IMG/VR virus record: IMGVR_UViG_3300032305_000597
Span: 1 to 32,218 of that record
Direction: 5' to 3' (one strand)
DNA from: a virus
Taxonomy: Duplodnaviria; Caudoviricetes
DNA length: 32,218 nucleotides
The translations under genes were made by a program, and so were the position numbers. The notes beneath the pieces were generated by a model. That model saw nothing but the letters and a program-made list of their open reading frames with translations. It was not told the origin of the DNA and searched no databases. Positions 15,157 to 22,955 of the stretch are shown here, piece by piece; position 1 is the first letter of the stretch, and every line of letters starts with the position of its first letter.

Positions 15157-16159
15157 CACAGCAGAAGTCCCTACGCTTGGCTCGTTTGCGCAGGCCAAGG
15201 CACGGTTTGAGAATACCAAGCCTATCCGTGGTAACAAAGACAAGGTGCGCCCATTGGGTAACCGCAACAAACATCGCATGGCTAGCTTCGATATGCCTGA
15301 CGCCGACACAGTCGTACTCAAGTATTACGGCGAGCCGTTCGTAACGTGGCGATCAGATGACTCGTTCTCTGTTACCAACAGCGTGTACAACTCATCGTTC
15401 AGCGCTAGGCACTTGCCTTACTTTCTGCCTACGCGTTGGGCAACTAATTGGAACGCGTGTCGTATGACGATTGGTAACAAGGGCAAGTACTACTTGTTTC
15501 CCAAGGGTGAGACGCTTCACTTCGTTAAGGCGGGCGATGACTTCGAGCTGGTCAACAAGCCTGTGGCTTACGCCATACGTAAGCGTCGCGGGTCTGATCG
15601 CACGATACTAGCTAAGTGTGCGCCGTTCTTCGACTGGTTGACTGTGGTGTCAGCTGTGAACAACAGCTTGACAGAGGAAGAGACCAAGCACGCCATAAAT
15701 TTGATGCGTGAGCAGGTGGGTCTTCAGCATACAGAGTGGTATCAAAAGCGAGTGCAGGAGATGTATACGGACGCGAGTATTACAACGCAGGACAAAGAAA
15801 AGCGGTACGCCGACTACCGCATGATTGATTCGCTGCCTTTTAATTGCAAGTACACACACCTCTCGGCTCGATCGTTTCATACGGCATCGTGTGAGCGTAT
15901 CTTGCAATGGGTCGAAGACGACAACGCTGAGAACTGGGTGTTGGCTATGAACTTAATAGCCGAACGCGCAGGGAATCGGCGCTACAAAAACAACAGCATC
16001 CAATACGATCTTAGCGTTGAGCAAGCGACTAAGTTTATGGCAGAGATAGCTCGTCACGTACATCGTGACTCTATCTTCTACAACGAGCAACTGGAAGACG
16101 GCGTAGTGCCGACCCGTAGCAATGCTGTCTACTTACGTAGCTTCAGCTTTTCCCTTTGA
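15143..16159 (+). CDS. Hypothetical protein (338 aa)
   Basis: Long ORF with a probable start at ATG 15143 (MTWCNT) after GGAAGGA; the stop overlaps box 10. Confidence 0.85.
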   Translation: MTWCNTAEVPTLGSFAQAKARFENTKPIRGNKDKVRPLGNRNKHRMASFDMPDADTVVLKYYGEPFVTWRSDDSFSVTNSVYNSSFSARHLPYFLPTRWATNWNACRMTIGNKGKYYLFPKGETLHFVKAGDDFELVNKPVAYAIRKRRGSDRTILAKCAPFFDWLTVVSAVNNSLTEEETKHAINLMREQVGLQHTEWYQKRVQEMYTDASITTQDKEKRYADYRMIDSLPFNCKYTHLSARSFHTASCERILQWVEDDNAENWVLAMNLIAERAGNRRYKNNSIQYDLSVEQATKFMAEIARHVHRDSIFYNEQLEDGVVPTRSNAVYLRSFSFSL

Positions 16160-16186
16160 ACATACCGACACGGTGTCGGATTGTTC
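16158..16186. repeat. Palindromic box copy 10
   Basis: GAACATA-CCGACA-CGG-TGTCGG-ATTGTTC; the upstream TGA overlaps its first bases. Confidence 0.92.
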
Positions 16187-16217
16187 TTTATCAACCTGTG
16201 TATTTAAGGAAATCAAA

Positions 16218-16496
16218 ATGGCTAAGAAACTAAACAAGAGCATCGAGTGGATGACTCTCCGCGCACGTCACGCCGCAATGGGCCGTACTGTGTTGCAACT
16301 GCTTGCTAACCCTGAGTCCAAGGCGTCAGACATAAGCGCCGCCGCTGAGATGTACCGCGAGGCAACCACCATCCTTGAGACTGAGTACGCGACGCTCAGC
16401 AAAACCATCAAGGGTACTTACCTGCCTGTGCTGACGCATCGCGGTAAAACACACCAAAAAGTAATTATCCGTCACAAACCCAGAACTAATGTTTGA
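16218..16496 (+). CDS. Hypothetical protein (92 aa)
   Basis: AAGGA RBS, ATG 16218 (MAKKLNK...). Confidence 0.75.
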   Translation: MAKKLNKSIEWMTLRARHAAMGRTVLQLLANPESKASDISAAAEMYREATTILETEYATLSKTIKGTYLPVLTHRGKTHQKVIIRHKPRTNV

Positions 16497-16506
16497 GGAA
16501 CACACC

Positions 16507-17385
16507 ATGCTAGAGAATACGATGATCGCACCCCCAGTATCCCTGTCGTCGATGGCTATGCTAGTCGAGCTACGCATCAGCACATGGACTGCGCGTAAGC
16601 GTGACAAGGACACAACCACCGCCCTGAACAACGAGAAGGAAGCATCGCAGGATGCTAGCTCTGTGTACAAGTACCTCATGGCGGGCAGTGACCACCTCGA
16701 CAAGATCGAGAAGTATGCGGCCAAGTGTCGTCAATGGAATTCACAGCAGACCCTGCCGTGGATGAAAGGTGTTGGACTGCTGCCGATGAATAACTTCTTC
16801 TCGTATCGTGAGCAACTCGGAACGATGGAGGCTAACTTCTCCGCGCTAGTCTCCGACTTCATCATCGCGTACCCCAACCTTGTGAGTGCGCAAGCCTTCA
16901 AGCTAGGTAAGTACTTCAACGCTGACGAGTTCCCCGATGTGAACACTATGCCCAAGCGGTTCAAGTTTGAGTTCAACTTCCTACCTGTGCCTGAGAAGGG
17001 TGACTTCAGGATGCAATGCGAAGAGCGTGTGCGTCTTGACTTAGCAGAGCAGTACGAGAAGATGTACAACGACAAGCTGGCTGAAGCTATGCGTGACCCG
17101 TGGGAGCGACTGCATGAGTTGTTGTCTAAGATGAGTGAGACATTGACTGATTCACCTGACGGCAAGCGCCGCGTGTTCCGCGACACCATCGTGACCAACG
17201 CCGTAAGCCTGTGCGACTTGCTCTCGCGTCTTAACGTGACTAACGACCCCAAGCTAGAGGAGGCACGCCGTATGCTGGAGAGATCGGTGGTGAGCATCGA
17301 CGCAGATGACCTGCGCACAATCCCGAGCGCCCGCGCTGAACTCAAGAGTAGCGTGGACGACATCATTAACAAATTCAACTGGTGA
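16507..17385 (+). CDS. Conserved phage hypothetical protein, DUF3150-like
   Basis: GAGGA RBS before ATG 16507. LVELRISTWTARKRD, TLPW...GLLP and LNVTNDPKLE resemble a family often found near phage AAA/VWA pairs; the family name is tentative. Confidence 0.6.
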   Translation: MLENTMIAPPVSLSSMAMLVELRISTWTARKRDKDTTTALNNEKEASQDASSVYKYLMAGSDHLDKIEKYAAKCRQWNSQQTLPWMKGVGLLPMNNFFSYREQLGTMEANFSALVSDFIIAYPNLVSAQAFKLGKYFNADEFPDVNTMPKRFKFEFNFLPVPEKGDFRMQCEERVRLDLAEQYEKMYNDKLAEAMRDPWERLHELLSKMSETLTDSPDGKRRVFRDTIVTNAVSLCDLLSRLNVTNDPKLEEARRMLERSVVSIDADDLRTIPSARAELKSSVDDIINKFNW

Positions 17386-18275
17386 TACATATGAACAACT
17401 TTGTAAACATACGTTTACCCGACAACCTACTGATTGACCCGAACCTCAAGGTGCTTGTCGATAAGCTAGCAATCGATAACCCTAAGTGGGTCTTCGCTCC
17501 GCGTAAAGGTGGGCGTGAGATACACCAAAAATCTGTCAACTTCAAGTTCAGCGCAAGCGAAGAAACGCAGAAGGCTAACACCGCGCCTGAAGGGTTTAGC
17601 TTCGTACGCGCTATTCACGTATCGCAAGATGGTGAGCAGTTGGGTGTACTACATGTAGACAACCAGTACAATCGTAGCCGCGAGCAGACTTGGCACTACG
17701 GTGTGCAGTCGTGGCGCGTGGAGAAGTCGCGTGGTGATCGCAATACTACGTACACTACCAAGATGGACATGGCTATACGGCACGTGAAGAAGACATTCAA
17801 ACCCATGGACCACAACGAGACGTATACCAAAGCGGTAGACGCTATATATAAACAGTTCCAAGATGCCTTGCGTAACCTTACGGACCCTATCCGTAATATG
17901 CGCCTTATCAAGAGTGCTGTAGGACTACAAGCCTATGCACTAGCTAAGGCTATGGGTGAACCTATCTTGTCACCTGATCTGACGGAGATAGAGCGTCAAC
18001 TGCAATCAGCGACCTACAAGCAAGCAATGGGTGAATACTTCTTGGCAAGAGATATGGCGGCGGCTCAGGATAAGCAACTGACTGTTGTCGTAGCCTTGGG
18101 TAACAACCAGTACTTGTTTAAGGACGCGGAGTACGAGTTGCATTGCGCTGACTTTGATACGCTACCTGAGCGTATGCAGAACAACCTTAGTGTGATGCAC
18201 CTGATGCAGGACAACGAGGTGGTGCAAGACGTTGGGTACAGATACAACGACACACACTTCTACATACACAAGTAA
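17382..18275 (+). CDS. Hypothetical protein (about 295 aa; start GTG 17382 or ATG 17391)
   Basis: Long ORF overlapping the previous stop; last gene before a terminator. Confidence 0.85.
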   Translation: MIHMNNFVNIRLPDNLLIDPNLKVLVDKLAIDNPKWVFAPRKGGREIHQKSVNFKFSASEETQKANTAPEGFSFVRAIHVSQDGEQLGVLHVDNQYNRSREQTWHYGVQSWRVEKSRGDRNTTYTTKMDMAIRHVKKTFKPMDHNETYTKAVDAIYKQFQDALRNLTDPIRNMRLIKSAVGLQAYALAKAMGEPILSPDLTEIERQLQSATYKQAMGEYFLARDMAAAQDKQLTVVVALGNNQYLFKDAEYELHCADFDTLPERMQNNLSVMHLMQDNEVVQDVGYRYNDTHFYIHK

Positions 18276-18293
18276 TAATAAACACTCTACTTT

Positions 18294-18319
18294 GACCCGC
18301 CTCGTGCGGGTCTTTTTTT
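18294..18319 (+). terminator. Rho-independent terminator ending the early region
   Basis: GACCCGC-CTCGT-GCGGGTC followed by a T7 run. Confidence 0.92.
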
Positions 18320-18328
18320 GTCTATACT

Positions 18329-18357
18329 GAACATACCGACACCGTGTCGTATTGTTC
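18329..18357. repeat. Palindromic box copy 11
   Basis: GAACATA-CCGACA-CCG-TGTCGT-ATTGTTC, between the terminator and the replication-operon promoter. Confidence 0.9.
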
Positions 18358-18393
18358 GACTAGGGGTAAGTGTTTCCCCCTATAAAATAATTC

Positions 18394-18421
18394 TTGACAC
18401 AGTCTAGTTTAACCCTACAAT
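18394..18421 (+). promoter_or_regulatory. Sigma70 promoter of the replication operon
   Basis: TTGACA-16 bp-TACAAT with an AT-rich upstream element, shortly before ATG 18434. Confidence 0.7.
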
Positions 18422-18433
18422 AGGTATACCGAA

Positions 18434-18760
18434 ATGGCAGCTACACCTGAGAAGAAGGTCAAGGATAAAGTAACAGCGGTCTTGCGAAAGCATGGTGCGT
18501 ACTACTTCTTCCCCGCAACTTACGGCATGGGTAGAGCTGGTGTCCCCGACATTATCGCGTGCTTCAATGGGCTCTTCATAGCCATCGAGTGCAAGGCGGG
18601 CAAGGGGAAGACAACGGCATTACAAGATAGAGAACTCGCGGCGATCAAACAAGCAGGCGGTATCTCTACAGTCATAAACGAAACCAACATAGAGTTGGTA
18701 GACAAAATTTTATCAGAGGTGAATCATGCTAAAGAAATTATTGAGGGCCCCGCTCCCTGA
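18434..18760 (+). CDS. VRR-NUC / PD-(D/E)XK nuclease (Holliday-junction resolvase-like)
   Basis: PEKKVK...GVPDIIAC...FIAIECKAG...TALQ...I..AGG motif set. Confidence 0.88.
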   Translation: MAATPEKKVKDKVTAVLRKHGAYYFFPATYGMGRAGVPDIIACFNGLFIAIECKAGKGKTTALQDRELAAIKQAGGISTVINETNIELVDKILSEVNHAKEIIEGPAP

Positions 18761-19190
18761 ACAAATCGTTGCGCTTCTGGAGAAGCTCGAACAAGACCCT
18801 GATGCCAGTCACCTTGTAAAGGTGGACAACTTGATGGACAACAGCCGCACCGAGTTCACTTGGTACGAGAAGCGTGTTATTAAGCATGAACTAAACAAGA
18901 TGCGTAACGTGATACGCCGTGCGCAGACGCTCGACGATGTGATGCGTATTGTCATCAATGAACCAACGCTTGCAGAGCAAGCAGAACAAGAGTGGACCCA
19001 AGCGCAGTTACAAGCGCAGTTAGGGCGTAGCACGGGCACGATCAGCGGTACGTTAGGCCAACACGCGGCGGCGCAACGAGTATCGATCGCGCACATCCAT
19101 GCGCATCAACAGCTGATGAACCAAGCACAGTGGTACGCCAGCGGTTACACAGACCCACGCGCTGTTCTTATGAACGGAAACTCCCAGTGA
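18726..19190 (+). CDS. Hypothetical protein (154 aa, Q/A-rich tail)
   Basis: GAGGTG RBS; the stop overlaps the polymerase GTG start (GTGA). Confidence 0.75.
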   Translation: MLKKLLRAPLPEQIVALLEKLEQDPDASHLVKVDNLMDNSRTEFTWYEKRVIKHELNKMRNVIRRAQTLDDVMRIVINEPTLAEQAEQEWTQAQLQAQLGRSTGTISGTLGQHAAAQRVSIAHIHAHQQLMNQAQWYASGYTDPRAVLMNGNSQ

Positions 19191-21013
19191 TCACCATTGA
19201 CTTCGAGACCTACTACGCTACCGACTTCTCGCTGACGAAAGTCACGACCGAGGAGTACGTGCGCAGTGATCGCTTCCAAGTGATCGGTGTAGCGGTTAAG
19301 GTCAACGACGAGCTAACCAAATGGTTCAGCGGAACATTTGAAGAAACGGCTGAGTTCCTAGCGGGCTATGAGTGGTCCGACCACTTCGTGTTAGCCCATA
19401 ACGCTATGTTCGACGCCGCCATACTGTCATGGCGTTTCGGCCACCGCCCCAAGGCATGGCTGGATACGCTGTCAATGGCACGTGCCACGCTAGGGCCCAA
19501 CGCCAAGGTTGGCCTTGCCGCTCTTGCTCAGGAGTACGGGCTCGGCATGAAAGGCTTCGAGGTCAATGACGCTAAGGGTAAACGCTTAGAAGACTTCTCC
19601 CCACAGGAGTTGGCTGACTACGGTGGCTACTGCGTGAACGATGTGGAGCTGACTTACAAACTGTTCCACGAACTCAACGCTGGCTTTCCCACCAAGGAGA
19701 AGCGCCTAATCGACATCACCATCCGCATGTTCAGTGACCCACTGTTGGAGCTGGACACGGAGAAGTTGGAAGACCATCTTGTTGGTGTGCGTGAGCGCAA
19801 GGCCAAACTGTTTGAAGATTCGGGCATCACCAAGGAGGTGCTCAATAGCTCGGCTAAGTTCGCGGCTTTGTTGCAGTCGCATGGTGTGTGGGTGCCCATG
19901 AAGATCAGCCCCGCGACGGGCAAGGAGGCCTACGCCTTTGCCAAGAGCGATCAGGAGTTTGTTGCGTTACTCGATCACCCTAAAGAAGAAGTGCAGGCTA
20001 TCGTTGCCGCACGTCTGGGCGCTAAGTCTACGTTAGAGGAAACACGTACAGAGCGCTTTATATCCATCGCGCAACGTGGCCCAATCTTCGGTTCGGTTCG
20101 CCGTATGCCCATCCCGTTGAAGTACTACGCCGCGCACACTGGGCGTTGGGGTGGCTCGGATAAAGTGAACTTGCAGAACCTGCCTAGCCGTGGCGCAGAG
20201 GGTGGCAAGCTAAAGCGTTGCATCGTTGCACCTCGCGGGCATGTCATTATCGACTGTGACTCGTCTCAGATTGAAGCGCGGGTGTTGGCTTGGCTGTCAG
20301 GACAGAACGACATCGTCGAACAGTTCCGCAAAAATGAGGATGTGTATCGACACATGGCCTCGGTTATTTATAACTGTTACCCGCACCAAGTGACCGCTGA
20401 GCAACGCTTCATTGGCAAGACCACGGTGCTGGGTGCTGGCTACGGCATGGGCGGCGAGAAGTTCCAAGCTCAATTAGCCAACATGGGCAAGAACGTGGAC
20501 CTCGACACCTGCCGCTACATCATTAAGCAGTACCGCCAATACAACCGCGCTATCTCAGGTTGGTGGTTGGAGTTGGGCATGGTGTTGCAAGCAATCATGG
20601 CGGGCAAAGAGGTTTTGGTGGACCACGTCGACCTTATGACCACTAGCCCGATGCTAGGTATAGGGTTGCCTAACGGCCTGTTCCTCAACTACCCAGAGCT
20701 GGCCATGGGTATGAACAACGACTTTACATATATGACGCGCATGGGGCGCAACCGTATATACGGTGGCAAAGTGGCAGAGAACTTGTGCCAAGCCGTAGCA
20801 CGCTGTGTCATTGGGGAGCAGATTATTGAGATCGAGAAGCACTACCGCGTGGTGTTGACGGTGCATGACGCTGTTGCCTGTGTCGTGCCTGAGAGCGAAG
20901 CTGAAGTAGCGCGTGCGTATATCGAAACTTGTATGCGTAGATCACCCAAGTGGGCAGTAGGTCTGCCCCTCAACTGTGAGTCAGGAATGGCTCGAAATTA
21001 CGGAGATTGTTAA
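19187..21013 (+). CDS. polA: Phage DNA polymerase, family A, with 3'-5' exonuclease domain
   Basis: ExoI IDFETY, ExoII AHNAMFD, ExoIII YCVNDV, HTGRWGG, motif A DSSQIEARVLA, motif B RFIGKTTVLGAGYG and motif C LTVHDAV. Probable GTG start at 19187. Confidence 0.95.
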   Translation: MITIDFETYYATDFSLTKVTTEEYVRSDRFQVIGVAVKVNDELTKWFSGTFEETAEFLAGYEWSDHFVLAHNAMFDAAILSWRFGHRPKAWLDTLSMARATLGPNAKVGLAALAQEYGLGMKGFEVNDAKGKRLEDFSPQELADYGGYCVNDVELTYKLFHELNAGFPTKEKRLIDITIRMFSDPLLELDTEKLEDHLVGVRERKAKLFEDSGITKEVLNSSAKFAALLQSHGVWVPMKISPATGKEAYAFAKSDQEFVALLDHPKEEVQAIVAARLGAKSTLEETRTERFISIAQRGPIFGSVRRMPIPLKYYAAHTGRWGGSDKVNLQNLPSRGAEGGKLKRCIVAPRGHVIIDCDSSQIEARVLAWLSGQNDIVEQFRKNEDVYRHMASVIYNCYPHQVTAEQRFIGKTTVLGAGYGMGGEKFQAQLANMGKNVDLDTCRYIIKQYRQYNRAISGWWLELGMVLQAIMAGKEVLVDHVDLMTTSPMLGIGLPNGLFLNYPELAMGMNNDFTYMTRMGRNRIYGGKVAENLCQAVARCVIGEQIIEIEKHYRVVLTVHDAVACVVPESEAEVARAYIETCMRRSPKWAVGLPLNCESGMARNYGDC

Positions 21014-21684
21014 TGACAAAACCCCTCACATGGTCGTACAGCAGTTTGGCTTTGTACCAGCAGTGCCCTAAGAAGTACTACCACCTCAAGGTCGCTAAAG
21101 ACATCAAGGAAGAGTTGGGCGAAGCCATCATCTTCGGCAACGAAATACACAAGATAGCTGAGTTATACGTTAGTAAGGGTCAACCTATTCCAGAGAAATA
21201 TTCAAACATTGAGCCAGCGCTCAAAGCGTTGAAGGAAATGGAAGGTGAGAAGCTGTGCGAGAACAAGTTGGGCTTGACCGCAGACATGAAGCCATGCGGG
21301 TTCTTCGACAAGAACGTGTGGTGGCGTGGCATCGCTGACCTCATCATCGTGCAGGACGACACCATCCTGACCGTTGACTACAAAACTGGCAAGAGCAGCA
21401 AGTACGCAGACCTCAAGCAGCTTGAGATTCTGTCGCTGGCTATCTTCAAACACTATCCGAACGTCAAGAAGGTGAAGGCAGGACTCATGTTCCTGTTTGC
21501 TGATGACTTCGTCAAGACTGCATACTCCGCTGACTCACAGAGCGAACTGTGGACATCGTGGGTATCAGACGTTGGGCAACTTGAGCAGTCCGTCGTGAAC
21601 AACGTATGGAACGCCAAACCCAACTTTACGTGCCGTGGCTGGTGCCCCGTGCATACATGTGACCATAACCAAGGAACTAAATAA
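21013..21684 (+). CDS. Cas4/RecB-like PD-(D/E)XK exonuclease
   Basis: WSYSSL...CPKKY, GNEIH, RGIADL, VDYKTGK, QL and C-terminal CRGWCPVHTC (1+3 Cys, Fe-S type). TAATG overlap with polA. Confidence 0.88.
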   Translation: MTKPLTWSYSSLALYQQCPKKYYHLKVAKDIKEELGEAIIFGNEIHKIAELYVSKGQPIPEKYSNIEPALKALKEMEGEKLCENKLGLTADMKPCGFFDKNVWWRGIADLIIVQDDTILTVDYKTGKSSKYADLKQLEILSLAIFKHYPNVKKVKAGLMFLFADDFVKTAYSADSQSELWTSWVSDVGQLEQSVVNNVWNAKPNFTCRGWCPVHTCDHNQGTK

Positions 21685-22184
21685 TGGCAAAACCTAAAAC
21701 CCCCCTGTCCACTCGCATCCGTGAGTTCCAAGAGACGCACCCTTTTACGTCTGCAAAAGACGTTGCGGCTAAGTTTAAAACAACCACTGGCTATGTCTAC
21801 GCTATTCGTAACAAAGACAAGAGCGATGGTGGTTGGAAAACTGTATCTATGTCTACTAGCAAAAAGCCACTTAGCCACTCTATCACCATGATGGAGGACG
21901 ACGTCACTAAGCTGACTGATGAGCAGTTGGAGCGTATGGCGGCTAACTTGGGCCGACCACGTATGCGTATGCAGACTTCCGCACCTGCTGACAACGTCAA
22001 TCACCCCGAGCACTACAAGGCGGGCGGTATTGAGACGATCGACTTTATCGAAGCCAAAGGGCTGAACTATCACCTTGGTAACGTTGTGAAGTACATCTCC
22101 CGTGCTGACCACAAAGGCGACCGCAAGGAGAACCTGTTGAAGGCTCAGTGGTACTTAAACCGTGAGGTTGCAAAGTATGAATGA
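21684..22184 (+). CDS. DUF3310 (T7 gp1.7 nucleotide kinase-like) protein with N-terminal HTH-like segment
   Basis: VNHPEHY...IETIDFI...GNVVKYISRA..K...ENLLKAQWYL signature; N-terminal SAKDVAAKFKTTTGYVYAIR resembles an HTH. Confidence 0.82.
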   Translation: MAKPKTPLSTRIREFQETHPFTSAKDVAAKFKTTTGYVYAIRNKDKSDGGWKTVSMSTSKKPLSHSITMMEDDVTKLTDEQLERMAANLGRPRMRMQTSAPADNVNHPEHYKAGGIETIDFIEAKGLNYHLGNVVKYISRADHKGDRKENLLKAQWYLNREVAKYE

Positions 22185-22353
22185 CGAAGACGAAGAATTT
22201 AACCGCATTGAGATGGAGTCCCGCATCAAGCAAAACTACGTGCGAGATATCAAGACGCCATCACGCGAGGCGTTACTAGCAGAGGTAACTGTGCTGACCG
22301 AGATAGTGCGTGTGTTGTCGGCAAGGGTTGCAGAGTTGGAGAAGAACACATGA
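22177..22353 (+). CDS. Small coiled-coil hypothetical protein (58 aa)
   Basis: GAGG RBS, ATG 22177 (MNDEDEEF...), overlaps its neighbours. Confidence 0.7.
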   Translation: MNDEDEEFNRIEMESRIKQNYVRDIKTPSREALLAEVTVLTEIVRVLSARVAELEKNT

Positions 22354-22535
22354 AGTGCCCAGTGTGCGGGGCGTGGACCGTAGTAAAAGAAACGCGAGGT
22401 ATCCGCAGAAGACGCGAGTGCGCCAACGAACATAAGTTTACAACCGAAGAAACAGTCATCCCCCAAGATGTGCTAAAGAAAAGATCACTCGCCAACTTAA
22501 TTCAGAACAGGAACAACTATGACGACTGTCATTGA
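22350..22535 (+). CDS. NrdR-N-terminal-like zinc-ribbon protein
   Basis: MKCPVCG...VKETR..RRRRECANEHKFTTEE matches the NrdR/Ogr-type Zn ribbon, with no ATP-cone. Confidence 0.8.
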   Translation: MKCPVCGAWTVVKETRGIRRRRECANEHKFTTEETVIPQDVLKKRSLANLIQNRNNYDDCH

Positions 22536-22743
22536 CTACGCCGCGCCCATGATGCGCATTGAAAATATCATGAAAGAAATGCACAATTCACTGCTGGACA
22601 AGAACATAACTGCCGCTCACCATCAAGCACTCATTTTGGTTGTGGAGGCTCGTGTCCTTTCAAACACTCTCATCCTCATGCAAGAAAAGGAAGAAGAACA
22701 TGCCTTACGTCAACAAGCCCCGACCCTACAAGAAAGAGTATGA
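22519..22743 (+). CDS. Hypothetical protein (74 aa)
   Basis: AGGA RBS; overlaps its neighbours. Confidence 0.65.
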   Translation: MTTVIDYAAPMMRIENIMKEMHNSLLDKNITAAHHQALILVVEARVLSNTLILMQEKEEEHALRQQAPTLQERV

Positions 22744-22954
22744 CCAACAGCAAGAGCGAGGCGAACTGCCTAACCGTATGGAACGTCAGCGGGCGCGGCG
22801 AAAGCTGGATGCCAAAGGCGTTGATCGTGCGGGCAAGGATGTTGCGCACGTGAAAGCTCTGAGCAAGGGCGGCTCTAACAAGGATGGCGTGAAACTTCAG
22901 GCCCCCTCAAAGAACCGTTCTTTCAAACGCAACTCTGACAGCTCAATGAAATAA
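22700..22954 (+). CDS. Small HNH-like protein (84 aa)
   Basis: Start at MPYVNKPRPYKKEY; GKDVAHVKALSKGGSN...SKNRS resembles the minimal HNH fold common next to phage helicases. Confidence 0.72.
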   Translation: MPYVNKPRPYKKEYDQQQERGELPNRMERQRARRKLDAKGVDRAGKDVAHVKALSKGGSNKDGVKLQAPSKNRSFKRNSDSSMK

Positions 22955-22955
22955 C

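Noticed and set aside
17405-17435. Partial CCGACAACC resembling a twelfth box
   Set aside because: Only the left inner arm is present; there is no TGTCGG or GTTC right half.
7309-18357. The 29-bp palindromic repeats read as a CRISPR array, with the Cas4-like gene at 21013 as a cas gene
   Set aside because: The intervals are 0.25-2.2 kb of protein-coding DNA rather than 30-40-bp spacers, and the repeats are degenerate. No cas1, cas2 or effector genes are present. The Cas4-like nuclease is an ordinary phage replication-module exonuclease.
11527-22112. Long minus-strand ORFs 11527-12150, 13068-13718, 16731-17390 and 21453-22112
   Set aside because: They are antisense to strongly supported plus-strand genes and are explained by codon bias.
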